A stretch of 64,000 nt of DNA from Candidatus Wildermuthbacteria bacterium (GCA_016186115.1 JACPMK010000002.1:200983-264982), one strand, 5' to 3'; shown: positions 35,064 through 45,209, counted from the stretch's first letter. Numbers and translations: made by a program. Notes: generated from the letters alone by a model not told the origin.

Positions 35064-36595
35064 ACGGCATCGTATACTCTCGAACGATACTGAAGGGCTT
35101 CTGCAAGATGCGGGACGCCAATCGAAGACGCGCCTTCGAGATCTGCAATCGTTCTGGCGATTTTAATCAGTTTAAAGTAGCTTCTCGCCGAAACATGAAA
35201 TGCCGCAGCCGCTTTTGCCAGCATCTGCTGCGCTTCCAAAGGAAGAGAGCAATGCTTTTTGATATGAACATTTTTCATTTCGGCATTGGTATGAATACGA
35301 TCGCTATGAAATCTTTTTTCTTGGAGATGCCGGGCTTTCATGACTCTGTCTTTGATGACATCTGACGCTTCAACGAATTTTGCCGCCCGGCTGTCTTGGG
35401 CGAGATCGCGAATGTCAACATCGGGAACCTCAATGTGAATATCGATCCGATCGAGAATGGGCCCGGAAACGCGTTTTCGATATCGTTCGATTTCCCTTGG
35501 CGAACAAATGCACGGCTTCTTTGAATGATTCAGATAGCCGCACGGGCAGGGATTTGCCGAAGCAACAAGCATAAATCTGCTGGGGTATGTAACCCGTTCT
35601 CTGCTGCGGGAAATGGTCACTTCGCCATCTTCCAATGGCTGTCGCAACGATTCCAATACAGACCGCGGAAATTCGTTGAACTCGTCAAGAAAAAGCACGC
35701 CACGGTGAGAGAGGGTAATTTCTCCGGGCTGTGGTCTGCTCCCTCCGCCCGTAAGCCCGATCTGGGAAATGGTATGGTGAGGCGCGCGGAAAGGTCGCAG
35801 TCGAACCAACGAACCTCCGGGCGGAATAATGCCAGCAGCAGAACAAATTTTCGTGACTTCGAGCGACTCTTCTTCGGAAAGCAACGGCAAAATCCCGGGA
35901 ATTGCTCTTGCGAGCATGGTTTTCCCTGCGCCCGGACTCCCCATCAAAAGAATATTGTGGCCGCCTGCTGCTGCAATTTCTACTGCTCGTTTTGCTTTTT
36001 CCTGCCCCAAAATCTCCTCCATATTAAATTCTGCCTGCGGAATTATCTCTGAAAAATCATCTTGATATTCGATGGGGCTAATTTCATTCTCCCCCTTGAG
36101 ATGAACAACAATTTCCTGCAAATTCTCCACGGGATGAACATGAATTCCGCGAATAATTGCTGCTTCGTTCGCAGATGGAAGTGGCAGAAAAAGATGTTCA
36201 AAACCCGCTTTTCTCGCAAAAAGCGCAAAAAGCAAAGCGCCCTTTGTATGGCGCAACGAACCATCGAGAGATACCTCACCGAAAAATAAACTTCTGGACG
36301 GAATCTCGAATTGCAATATTGCTGCCAATATCCCAACCGCAATCGGAAGATCGTAAAAAGAACCTTCTTTGGGAATATCAGCCGGGGCCAAGTTCACCGT
36401 AATTTTCTTTTGCGGAAATTCAACGCCAGAATTAATGATCGCGGTGCGCACCCGCTCTTTGCTTTCGTCAACTGCCTTATCGGGCAATCCGACAATATCA
36501 AAACCTGGCAATCCTCTGTTTGCAAGATTTATTTCTACCTCCACCCCAATAGAATCCAGTCCAAAATGCGAAGCCGAGGGAACCTTGATCAACAC
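35060..36595 (-). CDS. yifB: YifB/ComM Mg-chelatase-like AAA+ ATPase
   Basis: 511-aa ORF (GTG start) with a Lon-like N-terminal domain, Walker A GSPGAGKT, LFLDE, and a C-terminal ChlI-like domain. Confidence 0.9.
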   Translation of the reverse strand: MLIKVPSASHFGLDSIGVEVEINLANRGLPGFDIVGLPDKAVDESKERVRTAIINSGVEFPQKKITVNLAPADIPKEGSFYDLPIAVGILAAILQFEIPSRSLFFGEVSLDGSLRHTKGALLFALFARKAGFEHLFLPLPSANEAAIIRGIHVHPVENLQEIVVHLKGENEISPIEYQDDFSEIIPQAEFNMEEILGQEKAKRAVEIAAAGGHNILLMGSPGAGKTMLARAIPGILPLLSEEESLEVTKICSAAGIIPPGGSLVRLRPFRAPHHTISQIGLTGGGSRPQPGEITLSHRGVLFLDEFNEFPRSVLESLRQPLEDGEVTISRSRERVTYPSRFMLVASANPCPCGYLNHSKKPCICSPREIERYRKRVSGPILDRIDIHIEVPDVDIRDLAQDSRAAKFVEASDVIKDRVMKARHLQEKRFHSDRIHTNAEMKNVHIKKHCSLPLEAQQMLAKAAAAFHVSARSYFKLIKIARTIADLEGASSIGVPHLAEALQYRSRVYDAV

Positions 36596-36756
36596 AGTAT
36601 TTAGTATCTAGTATTTAGTAGAAAAACAAAGAGCGAGAACCGCCTCTGACGTGGCGAGAGTAATTGATTTTTTCGCAGACGCGTAGGTGCCCACGTTGAG
36701 TTCCGCCGCAGGCGGAGCGAAATGTGGGGTAAAGCGCAAGAAAAAATAAATTACTC

Positions 36757-36796
36757 GAGCTATCAATTCTTGATATGAGCTATCAATTCTTGATAT
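36757..36796. repeat. Perfect 20-bp tandem duplication spanning the dprA stop
   Basis: GAGCTATCAATTCTTGATAT occurs twice back to back (36757-36776 and 36777-36796). The second copy holds the last codons and the TGA of dprA. Confidence 0.9.
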
Positions 36797-37676
36797 AATA
36801 CTTTCCATTCTCTTCGGCGATCAGACCATTCAATTGCATTAAAGAAAGCACCGTGCCGATTTGAGCGGCAGAAATTCCAAGCGTTCGCGCAAGATTGTCA
36901 ATTTCCATCGGCTCTCTTTGTAAATATTCAAGGATATTTCGCTCGATTTTTTTCTGCGGCGTGTCGCGCTCCGGAGCTACAGCTTTTTCTCTTCCTTGCG
37001 CTCTTTGCGAAAGTTCCGGCACGTTTTCTTTGTACCACGAAATAATCCTTTGGGCATTTTTTACTACGGTCGCTCCCTCTTCCAAAAGTTTTAGAGTTCC
37101 TTGCGAAACACTGCTGGTTACAGGGCCGGGAACTGCAAAAAGTTTTCTGTGAAATTTCTTTGCAAAATTTGCTGTAATTAAAGATCCGCTTTTCTCCCCT
37201 GCTTCAATCACTAATGTTGCTTGGGATAATCCCGCAATAATTCGATTCCTGCGCGGAAAACTCCACAATGTTGGAACGAAACCACCCTCGTATTCAGAAA
37301 CAATAAGACCATCTTGCTTCATAATTGCTTCATACAAATCCTTTTGATACTCGGGATGAATAACATCGATACCGCAGGGCATGACTGCAATTGTTTTCCC
37401 TCCCACGCCCACAGCCGACTTGTGCGCGGTGGCATCAACCCCATACATAAACCCAGAGACAATCGTAACGCCAGCCGCGGCAATTTCTCCCACCAGTTCC
37501 TCGGCAACTCTTTTCCCATATCCTGTCATTCTTCTTGTCCCCACCACCGCGAGACATGCCCGAAACAATGACGGATCCCATGTGCCTTTGTAATACAATT
37601 TTTTCGGCGCGTCAGAAATTGTTTTCAACAACGCAGGATACCGTTCATCTTCTTTCGCAACAACACCTCTGTTCAT
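36783..37676 (-). CDS. dprA: DNA processing protein DprA (Smf)
   Basis: 297-aa ORF with a Rossmann-like DprA core (VVGTRR.T.YG, SG.A.GID..AH, VEA...SG) and a C-terminal winged-helix domain. Confidence 0.9.
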   Translation of the reverse strand: MNRGVVAKEDERYPALLKTISDAPKKLYYKGTWDPSLFRACLAVVGTRRMTGYGKRVAEELVGEIAAAGVTIVSGFMYGVDATAHKSAVGVGGKTIAVMPCGIDVIHPEYQKDLYEAIMKQDGLIVSEYEGGFVPTLWSFPRRNRIIAGLSQATLVIEAGEKSGSLITANFAKKFHRKLFAVPGPVTSSVSQGTLKLLEEGATVVKNAQRIISWYKENVPELSQRAQGREKAVAPERDTPQKKIERNILEYLQREPMEIDNLARTLGISAAQIGTVLSLMQLNGLIAEENGKYYIKN

Positions 37677-38620
37677 TTGCCTAACAATACATCAATGATG
37701 TTTTTTGCGGCGAGCTCTGACATTTTGGAACGGGCTTCGAAAGTTGCGGAAGCGATATGAGGAGTAAGCACAACATTGGAAATTCTTCTTAACCCTGAAG
37801 TAATTGCCGGCTCATTTTCGAATACGTCGAGCGCTGCTCCCGCAATCCATTTCTGTTCCAAAGCCGTGAGAAGGGCTTTTTCATTAACCACTGGTCCCCG
37901 CGCAGTGTTGATAAGATATGAGGTTGGTTTCATCATTTTCAATTGCTGTTCCCCTATCAAATGACGAGTTTCAGGAAGCAATGGAACATGAATGCTCACG
38001 ACATCGGACTGCTGCAGCAATTCCTCAATAGAAGCGTACTTTGCATTGCACGCCTTCTCAACTTCTGCCCTTGGATTTTTGTCATAATACAATATGCGCA
38101 TTCCGAATGCCAGAAACATTTTTTTTGCCACTTCAAAACCAATTCTTCCGCACCCCAAAATCCCAAGCGTTTTCTCTTGGAGCTCTGCTCCCAAAAACAA
38201 TTCCGGCTCCCATCCTTTGTACTTTCCCGCTCGGGTAAAGGCGTCTGCCTCAACAATTCTTCTCGCAATCGCCAGGATCAAAGCAACCGCATGCCCCGCG
38301 ACTGCTTCGGTAAGCACATCCGGAGTATTGCCCACAATAATATTTCTCTTTTTTGCCTCGTCCAATGCAATATTGTCTAACCCGACCGCATAATTGGAAA
38401 TGACCTTCAGCTGTGGCCCGATTGCATCCATAACCTCGCCATCAATTTTATCGGTCAGCAAACAAAGAAGCGCATCTGCCCCGGTTGCTTTTTGCATAAT
38501 ATCTTTTTGCGACGGGCTCTTATTCCCCGACCAAACTTCAACGTCATATCCCCGCTGTTTTAACATCGCAATGCCCTGCCCCGGAATCTTTCTCGTAACA
38601 AATACCCGAAATGTTTTCAT
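37673..38620 (-). CDS. D-isomer-specific 2-hydroxyacid dehydrogenase (glyoxylate/hydroxypyruvate reductase-like)
   Basis: From Met MKTFRVFVTRK, with NAD motif GILGCGRIG and a catalytic R...E...H arrangement (NTARG, TPHIAS). Confidence 0.8.
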   Translation of the reverse strand: MKTFRVFVTRKIPGQGIAMLKQRGYDVEVWSGNKSPSQKDIMQKATGADALLCLLTDKIDGEVMDAIGPQLKVISNYAVGLDNIALDEAKKRNIIVGNTPDVLTEAVAGHAVALILAIARRIVEADAFTRAGKYKGWEPELFLGAELQEKTLGILGCGRIGFEVAKKMFLAFGMRILYYDKNPRAEVEKACNAKYASIEELLQQSDVVSIHVPLLPETRHLIGEQQLKMMKPTSYLINTARGPVVNEKALLTALEQKWIAGAALDVFENEPAITSGLRRISNVVLTPHIASATFEARSKMSELAAKNIIDVLLGK

Positions 38621-38636
38621 TGTTTTGGAAATTTCT

Positions 38637-39278
38637 TTAGTAATACACTTTATTCTCCAAATATTCCAGAAAAGATTTATATTCCTCTTTTTGAAGATTC
38701 GAGGAATACTCACGCGAAAGAACTTTTTGTTTATTTATGCATGCCTTATCCATCTGATCTTTTTCTATCACGGTAAATTTCTCTCGTACGGAAGCGCTAT
38801 ATAAATGAAAGGTTGTCGTACATTGCGTACATGGATTTGTGCAACTGCGCGCTGCCCAGTAGACCTCTTCTTTTTTGTCGCCATTCACATCTTCCACCGA
38901 AGGGCCGTTATAGTCCTTGGCAAATTCATCCTGCACCACAATCTTGCCATTTTCATCAAAAATATAGAGCACGCGCTTTTGCGGCGGAGTAGCAGTCGCG
39001 GTTCCGCAGAACATAAGGTCACCGGCTCCACCAGGAGATTGATTGGCAAACCGGATGGGTACAAGGCCAAGCACGTCAAGATTATTCTCTTTGCAAATAG
39101 TGCTCGGATTTTTTCCTGCATTCTGCGCAGTTGGCAATACTACTGTATTTTCGATTTGGGTTGAAGTAGGAGTAGGGCTCGGCATACCGTTGCGAATCTT
39201 CAACCACAATGCATCTCCTCCAATCACAAGAAGTAAAATAATAAGAGCGCTGCCTACAATAAAAAGAGAACGTTTCAT
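38637..39278 (-). CDS. Membrane-anchored secreted hypothetical protein
   Basis: From Met MKRSLFIVGSALIILLLVIGG, just after the upstream gene's stop; no family recognised. Confidence 0.4.
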   Translation of the reverse strand: MKRSLFIVGSALIILLLVIGGDALWLKIRNGMPSPTPTSTQIENTVVLPTAQNAGKNPSTICKENNLDVLGLVPIRFANQSPGGAGDLMFCGTATATPPQKRVLYIFDENGKIVVQDEFAKDYNGPSVEDVNGDKKEEVYWAARSCTNPCTQCTTTFHLYSASVREKFTVIEKDQMDKACINKQKVLSREYSSNLQKEEYKSFLEYLENKVYY

Positions 39279-39292
39279 AAAAAGAATGAAAA

Positions 39293-40276
39293 CTACAGCG
39301 AGGCGGGCTGGAAATCGGGATGCTCTTCTAAAATTTTCCCCATTGCTGGTTTCGATAACAATCCCTCGCGAGCGCCGATATATTGAATTACTGATGCAGA
39401 ATTTACTGCGCCCCAACGCATCGCCTCTTTTGTATCGCATCCATAGGCAAGTGCAGAAATAAATCCCGCAGAATAAGCATCTCCTGCTCCTGTCATTTCT
39501 ACCACGGGAACGCGGAAAATATCAAGATAGTAGTAATTCTGCCCATCGAAACAATACGAACCCTTCCCATCGTCGGTGATCACCACGGTCTTTGGACCTC
39601 GCTGGCGCAACTCATGCAAAAGTTTTTTCACATCACTCGAATTTCCCAACAAGGTCTGCGCTTCATCCTTGTTTACCAGAAACACGGCCGTAACATCCAA
39701 AATTGGCTGCAAAACTTGCAGTCCTTCTTTCAATTGATGACTGCCGGGATTAAATCCTAATTGAGTTCCTGATTTTTTGATATACTCCGGGATCTGGGTA
39801 TGCAGTTTTTCGTGTTCAGGAGCAAGAGAACTAAAATACATCCACCTTGCAGGAGCAAGATTTGGCAAATCATAATCCCTTGGCTCATGATGCACAATAA
39901 TAGTGCGTTCGCCCTTGTAATTCAACACCGCAGAAAAATTGCTGCCATGCTTTTTGTCCCAAATAATATAATCAGTCGCAACTTTTTCTTTTTTGAAAAC
40001 TTCCCACTCTTCTTTGCCAACTCCGTCATGCCCAAGATGCGTATAGAACGCTGCTTTCAGCCCTAGGCGCGAGGCACCAATTGCAACGTTTGCCGAATTT
40101 CCCACTGCCGCAACCACGGTATATTTTTTCGCCGGCATTTTCTCTGCAAAAATCAACCCCAAATATTGTCGTCCATCTTCGGGGTCAGTCAAAACCTTTG
40201 TTTCTTCCTCCAATTCCAAGAACACGTCGTACTGCGTATCTCCCACTGAAATTAAATCAAACTTTGGCTTGGACAT
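39293..40276 (-). CDS. PfkB-family carbohydrate/nucleoside kinase
   Basis: Contains GGSAxN-like VGNSANVA and the C-terminal signature DTTGAGD-like EMTGAGDAYSAGF. Confidence 0.75.
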   Translation of the reverse strand: MSKPKFDLISVGDTQYDVFLELEEETKVLTDPEDGRQYLGLIFAEKMPAKKYTVVAAVGNSANVAIGASRLGLKAAFYTHLGHDGVGKEEWEVFKKEKVATDYIIWDKKHGSNFSAVLNYKGERTIIVHHEPRDYDLPNLAPARWMYFSSLAPEHEKLHTQIPEYIKKSGTQLGFNPGSHQLKEGLQVLQPILDVTAVFLVNKDEAQTLLGNSSDVKKLLHELRQRGPKTVVITDDGKGSYCFDGQNYYYLDIFRVPVVEMTGAGDAYSAGFISALAYGCDTKEAMRWGAVNSASVIQYIGAREGLLSKPAMGKILEEHPDFQPASL

Positions 40277-40301
40277 AATAAAAAATATTCTTGGCAATCT
40301 T

Positions 40302-41309
40302 TTATACCTTGCGTTTCAAAACCTTTTTTACTGCTTTGATAATGTGGGGATGGGTTAGGCCAAAGGCATCCATTAATTCGTCGGGGGAGCCGGACTCGCC
40401 AAAACGGTCTTGCACGCCAATACATTCTACTGGCACGGGACATTCTCGGCTAAGCAATTCCGCAACCGCCCCTCCCAATCCTCCAGCGATCTGATGTTCT
40501 TCAACCGTCACTACTGCTTTTGTTTTACTCACCGATTGCAAAATTGTTTTTTTATCAAGCGGTTTCACCGTATGGCTGTTTAATACTTCAACCGATACTC
40601 CCTGTTTTTCGAGCAAGTGCGCGGCAAGCAATGCCTCGTAGAGCACTGGGCCGCAGGCAATAATTGTTGCATCTTTACCTTGCAAAAAAATTTCGGCCCG
40701 TCCAAATTGAAATGGGGTCTGAAGAGTTGTAAACAAAGGCGTCTTTTCTCTTGCGAAACGAAGATACACAGGGCCTTCGATTGCGGCAGCGGCCACGGTT
40801 GCTTTTTTTGCTTCAATCGCGTCGCACGGAACAATCACCCGCATGTTGGGTAGTACACGCATCAACGCAATATCCTCGAGCGCCTGATGGGTTGCGCCGT
40901 CAGGCCCCACAGAAATACCAGCGTGCGCCCCTGCTATTTTCACATTGGCATTGTTCAACGCAACGGTCGTGCGAATCTGTTCATTGTTGCGGCCGGGAGA
41001 AAACGCTGCATAAGACGAGATGAAAGGAACTTTTCCAGCCAAGGCCATTCCCGCGGCAAGCGAGGCCATGTTTTGCTCTGCAACGCCAACTTCAACGAAG
41101 CGCTCCGGAAACTTTTTCTGGAAATATTCAGATCGAGTTGACTCTGACAAATCTGCGCACAGCACCAAAATTCTTTTGTCTTTCTCCCCTGCCTCAACCA
41201 ATCCCTCTCCATACCCATTTCTCGTTGGGATTTTTTCGATATCTTTCTCAAAAATTTTTTCCGCCAAATGCGCTTTTGAATTACTCATGTTCTGAAACAA
41301 TTTTGCCAT
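40302..41309 (-). CDS. Transketolase, C-terminal (pyrimidine-binding) subunit
   Basis: 335-aa ORF with FVEVGVAEQNM and the remainder typical of split transketolase subunit B. Confidence 0.9.
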   Translation of the reverse strand: MAKLFQNMSNSKAHLAEKIFEKDIEKIPTRNGYGEGLVEAGEKDKRILVLCADLSESTRSEYFQKKFPERFVEVGVAEQNMASLAAGMALAGKVPFISSYAAFSPGRNNEQIRTTVALNNANVKIAGAHAGISVGPDGATHQALEDIALMRVLPNMRVIVPCDAIEAKKATVAAAAIEGPVYLRFAREKTPLFTTLQTPFQFGRAEIFLQGKDATIIACGPVLYEALLAAHLLEKQGVSVEVLNSHTVKPLDKKTILQSVSKTKAVVTVEEHQIAGGLGGAVAELLSRECPVPVECIGVQDRFGESGSPDELMDAFGLTHPHIIKAVKKVLKRKV

Positions 41310-42171
41310 GCAATGTTCGCAATTCTTTCAAGGCAATCTTCACCTGCTGATTTTTGGGCGGCTCGCCCGGAATATCCGAAATGCCGGGCGGAACGCCGTG
41401 CCACTTGAAATCGTTTTCCATATAACTCACGCCCTTGCCGGGAATCGTTTGCGCAATGATAATTGTTGGCTTTTGGTGAATGGCCTTGGCCTGATTGCAG
41501 GCATCAATAATCTGTTCCAGATTGTGCCCGTCAATTTCAAGCACATGCCAATTGAATGCCTCGTATTTTGCTTTTAACGGCTCAAGGGGCATGACATCTT
41601 CCGTGCAGCCATCGATTTGAATATTGTTGCGATCGATAATCGCGGTGAGATTGTCGAGCCGGTTTTTCCCTGCAAACATTGCTGCTTCCCAAATTTGGCC
41701 TGATTCCTGCTCAGCATCAGACATTGCGCAGTACACCCGCCAGCGGGTTTTGTCGATATACTTTCCCACATAGGCCATACCTGCTGCTTGCGACAAACCA
41801 GAGCCCAAAGGTCCCGACGTGGTTTCAACTCCGGGGAGTTTTTCCCGCTCCGGATGCCCCTGCAATCGAGATCCGAATTTTCGCAAGGTCATAAGCTCTT
41901 TCAATGGAAAATAGCCGGCCCGGGCCATGGTTGCGTATCGCACAGGGCAAATATGCCCATTGGATAAAATCAAGCGATCTCGTTCTTCCCACGCTGGATT
42001 TTTGGGGTCGTGGTTCATTACGGCAAAATACAACGCGCAAAAAACATCGGCCATGCCCAAAGGCCCGGCTGAATGCCCCGATCCCGCCTCGACCAGCATC
42101 TTTATAATATCCTGCCGTATCTCGTTTGCGATTTTCTCTAGCTCCTCAATAGAGTACTGTCTCTTTATCAT
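41281..42171 (-). CDS. Transketolase, N-terminal (ThDP-binding) subunit
   Basis: 296-aa ORF with GSGHSAGPLG, GHPE and SDAEQESGQ(I)WEA motifs; overlaps the partner subunit gene. Confidence 0.9.
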   Translation of the reverse strand: MIKRQYSIEELEKIANEIRQDIIKMLVEAGSGHSAGPLGMADVFCALYFAVMNHDPKNPAWEERDRLILSNGHICPVRYATMARAGYFPLKELMTLRKFGSRLQGHPEREKLPGVETTSGPLGSGLSQAAGMAYVGKYIDKTRWRVYCAMSDAEQESGQIWEAAMFAGKNRLDNLTAIIDRNNIQIDGCTEDVMPLEPLKAKYEAFNWHVLEIDGHNLEQIIDACNQAKAIHQKPTIIIAQTIPGKGVSYMENDFKWHGVPPGISDIPGEPPKNQQVKIALKELRTLHGKIVSEHE

Positions 42172-42241
42172 AGAAATAAGCGATTCCCTTATTATACCAA
42201 ACCTCCCCGCTTTAGAGGAGATTGGATATTAACAGATAATT

Positions 42242-42901
42242 TTACTCCACGAACCGAAATGTGGAAAGAATTTGCTGATAAATATCCTGCGGGAAATCTC
42301 CCCATCCGCTGCTAATTGCATCAATTCTGTATACCCTTTCTAAATCTCCCTGAATAATGGTAGTAGAGGTCATATCGCTTACCGAAATAAATTCTACCTT
42401 TGCAGCATTTCTTCCATTGAAGAGTATCTCCTGGAGATTCCTGTGGCCCACTGCTGGCTCGCCAGAAGGTACTTGTGATATAGGTTCTCTATATGCCTTA
42501 ACCCAATCATAAGGAGCGAGGTCAGTGTGTATGACACTAATAGTCAAAACTGGATAGTGTCCCGTTGTCCATTTCTGATCATGGAACTTTATTCCAAATT
42601 CTTCCCCGCTACGAAGTCCAGGAGGGTATTCTTCGCTAACAAAATCATCTGGATACCTTACCTCAAACCCATACTCTTCATTGCGATAGGTTTGCCACCC
42701 TGAAGTATTGATCGATGACGTAGGTGTGGACGTATGCACCGTAATTTGACTCTCTGCCAATTGCTGGATTTCTTGGATAAGACGCTTCTCTTGCGTCTTT
42801 CCGAACCACCATACTCCCCCGCCCGCAAGGACGGCAATAATAAAAACAACACATATGAACTTCCAGTTAATTTTGCTTGATATATCAATAAGTTTCATCA
42901 T
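42242..42901 (-). CDS. Membrane-anchored hypothetical protein (paralogue of 43443-44093)
   Basis: An N-terminal TM helix is followed by WQTYRNEEYGFEVRYPDDF. The same architecture and motif occur in the gene at 43443. Confidence 0.5.
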   Translation of the reverse strand: MMKLIDISSKINWKFICVVFIIAVLAGGGVWWFGKTQEKRLIQEIQQLAESQITVHTSTPTSSINTSGWQTYRNEEYGFEVRYPDDFVSEEYPPGLRSGEEFGIKFHDQKWTTGHYPVLTISVIHTDLAPYDWVKAYREPISQVPSGEPAVGHRNLQEILFNGRNAAKVEFISVSDMTSTTIIQGDLERVYRIDAISSGWGDFPQDIYQQILSTFRFVE

Positions 42902-43176
42902 TATTTTCGAAATCGTTTATATACTCTACTGCGGTGTTCAACGCCATAAAGGGTAATCTCTTTCCTTGAATGGTCGACCCAAAATAAAACTCGCCAATCA
43001 CCTACTCTGTATTTCTGGAGATTAGCAAGGTCTTGAGGAAGATATTTTAAAGTATGTCTCAAAAGTTTTGGACTGTCAGCAAGCTGCTCTACCTTATCGA
43101 TAATTCTTTTTGCAATTGGGCGATCTAACTTTTTGATATATGCATCGAAGGTGAGAGTAGTACGAATACGATACAT
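42901..43176 (-). CDS. RelE/ParE-family toxin
   Basis: 91-aa ORF with KYRVGDWRVLFWVDHSRKEITLYGVEHRSRVY, the typical RelE/ParE C-terminal pattern. Confidence 0.75.
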   Translation of the reverse strand: MYRIRTTLTFDAYIKKLDRPIAKRIIDKVEQLADSPKLLRHTLKYLPQDLANLQKYRVGDWRVLFWVDHSRKEITLYGVEHRSRVYKRFRK

Positions 43177-43182
43177 AAAAAG

Positions 43183-43440
43183 CTAGAGTTTTCTCTTGAG
43201 TTCTGCCAAGCTGTGAGTTCGTCCTTTCACATGCTCTCTTCTGGCTTTTCTCATCTTTTTGATAAACTCGGGGTCGCTTGCGAGGGCAAAATCTTCCAAC
43301 TCATCACGAAATTTCTCCCACTTATCGTAGGCCTCCAACATAGAATCTACCACGCGTTTTGGCACCTCAACTGTTTTTATCCCATTTCTTTTAATCATAG
43401 TTCTATGATAGTTCCTCTTACTCTTGATGTCAAAGAACAT
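43183..43440 (-). CDS. Putative cognate antitoxin
   Basis: Small charged ORF immediately upstream of the RelE-like gene. The start could be the internal Met at 43398. No family recognised. Confidence 0.4.
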   Translation of the reverse strand: MFFDIKSKRNYHRTMIKRNGIKTVEVPKRVVDSMLEAYDKWEKFRDELEDFALASDPEFIKKMRKARREHVKGRTHSLAELKRKL

Positions 43441-43442
43441 AT

Positions 43443-44093
43443 CTACTCAATAAATCGAAATGTGAAAAGGATATGGTTAAGGGTAAAGAGGAGTTGCTGC
43501 TTAGCTTCGGCGTCGCGACGCTCAAGATCACGGATTTTTTCCTCGTCGACGTAGAAATTTCCAGCATTGCCAAGGTGCGTTTGAAGAGTGATGCGATAAC
43601 ATGCATTTTCTTTTTTCGCGGTATAAACAGTGCCCTCGTAGATATTTCCGGCTGCTGACCCCGTCCATTCGCTTTGTTCAAAACTCATGCCATTCTTTAC
43701 GACAATTTTTTTGACGGGAAAATTGGGGCATACATTGTTTCCAACCAAAATATTGATATTTGCATCAAAAAAATTCTCCACCGGAATATATTTTTTGGGA
43801 AATACCAAAGCAGCGCCTTTTGCCTCTACATCTTGCGCAATAATATCGCTATTTTCCTTGAGAAAAAAATCTGAAGGATAAGAAATTTGGTAGCCGTGTT
43901 CCGCGTTACGATACGTTGCCCAACCTTGAGGAATTTTTTCTCGCGATAGAGAAAAGATATTTGTCGGCACTTCCTGAATTTGCTTTTTGGTCATCTGAAA
44001 ATACCCTGCCATTCCCCCTCCCACCACAATCCCCAGCGCAAGGATTATCGCGATAAACTTCCAATTGGTTTGGGGATTAGAAAATAAATTCAT
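43443..44093 (-). CDS. Membrane-anchored hypothetical protein (paralogue of 42242-42901)
   Basis: An N-terminal TM helix is followed by WATYRNAEHGYQISYPSDFF. Confidence 0.5.
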   Translation of the reverse strand: MNLFSNPQTNWKFIAIILALGIVVGGGMAGYFQMTKKQIQEVPTNIFSLSREKIPQGWATYRNAEHGYQISYPSDFFLKENSDIIAQDVEAKGAALVFPKKYIPVENFFDANINILVGNNVCPNFPVKKIVVKNGMSFEQSEWTGSAAGNIYEGTVYTAKKENACYRITLQTHLGNAGNFYVDEEKIRDLERRDAEAKQQLLFTLNHILFTFRFIE

Positions 44094-44102
44094 ATTGTTA
44101 AG

Positions 44103-44741
44103 TTATTGCACGATTTCCTGTAATTTTTTTAAAGAATCGGCTGGATCGTGCGATTTCCAGATGCCGCTGCCGACCACAGCGTAATCCGCGCCTGCGGCAA
44201 AAATATCTCTGATATTTTCTTCTTTTACTCCCCCATCCATTCCGACAAGGATATCTCTTCTCTGGAAACGAATCTGCGGGATTTTTTGCATGGTGTCGGG
44301 AATAAATTCTTTTCCCTGAAATCCAGGGTCAATGCCCATGCAAAGCGCAGAATCAACTTGAGACAAATAAGGTTGAACTTTCTCAACCGTTGTTTCTGGA
44401 TTCAATGCCATTCCAATATGAAATTGACACTGATGAGCTTTCTCCAAAACCGTGTCGATACTTTGAGATGCTTCGTAATGAAAAATGACCCGCTTTGCTC
44501 CAACCTCGTCGCAGTCGCGAAAGTATTTTTCCGGCTCCAATACCATCAAATGAAATTCAAGATTAAACACTTCGTATACGCCGCTCAATTCAAAAATGCT
44601 TACCGAATTATTCGGCACAAAATACCCGTCCATGATATCGATATGAACCCAATTGGTGTGGCCCTTCAATATCTCGAGTTTGCCGCGCAAATCAGCAGGA
44701 TCAGCCGTTAGAATTGCAGGGATGACTTTTTGCATTGCCAT
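44103..44741 (-). CDS. rpe: Ribulose-phosphate 3-epimerase
   Basis: 212-aa ORF with VHIDIMDG, H.M and GMDGG motifs. Confidence 0.9.
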   Translation of the reverse strand: MAMQKVIPAILTADPADLRGKLEILKGHTNWVHIDIMDGYFVPNNSVSIFELSGVYEVFNLEFHLMVLEPEKYFRDCDEVGAKRVIFHYEASQSIDTVLEKAHQCQFHIGMALNPETTVEKVQPYLSQVDSALCMGIDPGFQGKEFIPDTMQKIPQIRFQRRDILVGMDGGVKEENIRDIFAAGADYAVVGSGIWKSHDPADSLKKLQEIVQ

Positions 44742-44750
44742 CGCTAAAAA

Positions 44751-45209
44751 CTAAGCTTCTAAGTCCTCAATTTTCTTTAGACGGCGTTCATGCCTTCCGC
44801 CCTCAAAAGGTGTCTCGAGCCATACCTTCACGGCTTCGAGCGCTTCGTTCTTGGAAAGAAACCTTGCGCCCAAAGCAAGAATATTTGCATTATTATGCTG
44901 GCGCGAAAGTTTCACGATATCAATAGGACCCCCATAATATACCACGGCACGGATGCCATTTATCTTATTTGCCGCAATGGCCTCGCCCTGACCCGAGCCG
45001 CCAAGCACAATACCGAGAGTATCGTCCTTGCCCTGAGTCCATCGAAGGGCAACAGCTTCAGCAGCTGGGCGAACGAAATCCGGATAATCGTCATCCGGAT
45101 TCAATGCAAAAGCTCCCATGTCTTCCACTTCAAAACCATTTTTCTGGAGATATTTCTTTATCTCCTCTTTGAGTTCAAACCCTGCGTGATCCGCGCCAAG
45201 ATAAATCAT
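44751..45209 (-). CDS. rpiB: Ribose 5-phosphate isomerase B
   Basis: 152-aa ORF with MIYLGADHAGFELK, GSGQGEAIAANK and RQHNNANILALGAR. Confidence 0.9.
   Translation of the reverse strand: MIYLGADHAGFELKEEIKKYLQKNGFEVEDMGAFALNPDDDYPDFVRPAAEAVALRWTQGKDDTLGIVLGGSGQGEAIAANKINGIRAVVYYGGPIDIVKLSRQHNNANILALGARFLSKNEALEAVKVWLETPFEGGRHERRLKKIEDLEA

Noticed and set aside
36608-36808. 66-aa minus-strand ORF between dprA and yifB
   Set aside because: It starts inside the dprA 3' tandem duplication and has no SD or motif. The region looks like an intergenic spacer with a nested hairpin (CCCACGTT...CCGCC-gca-GGCGG...AATGTGGG).
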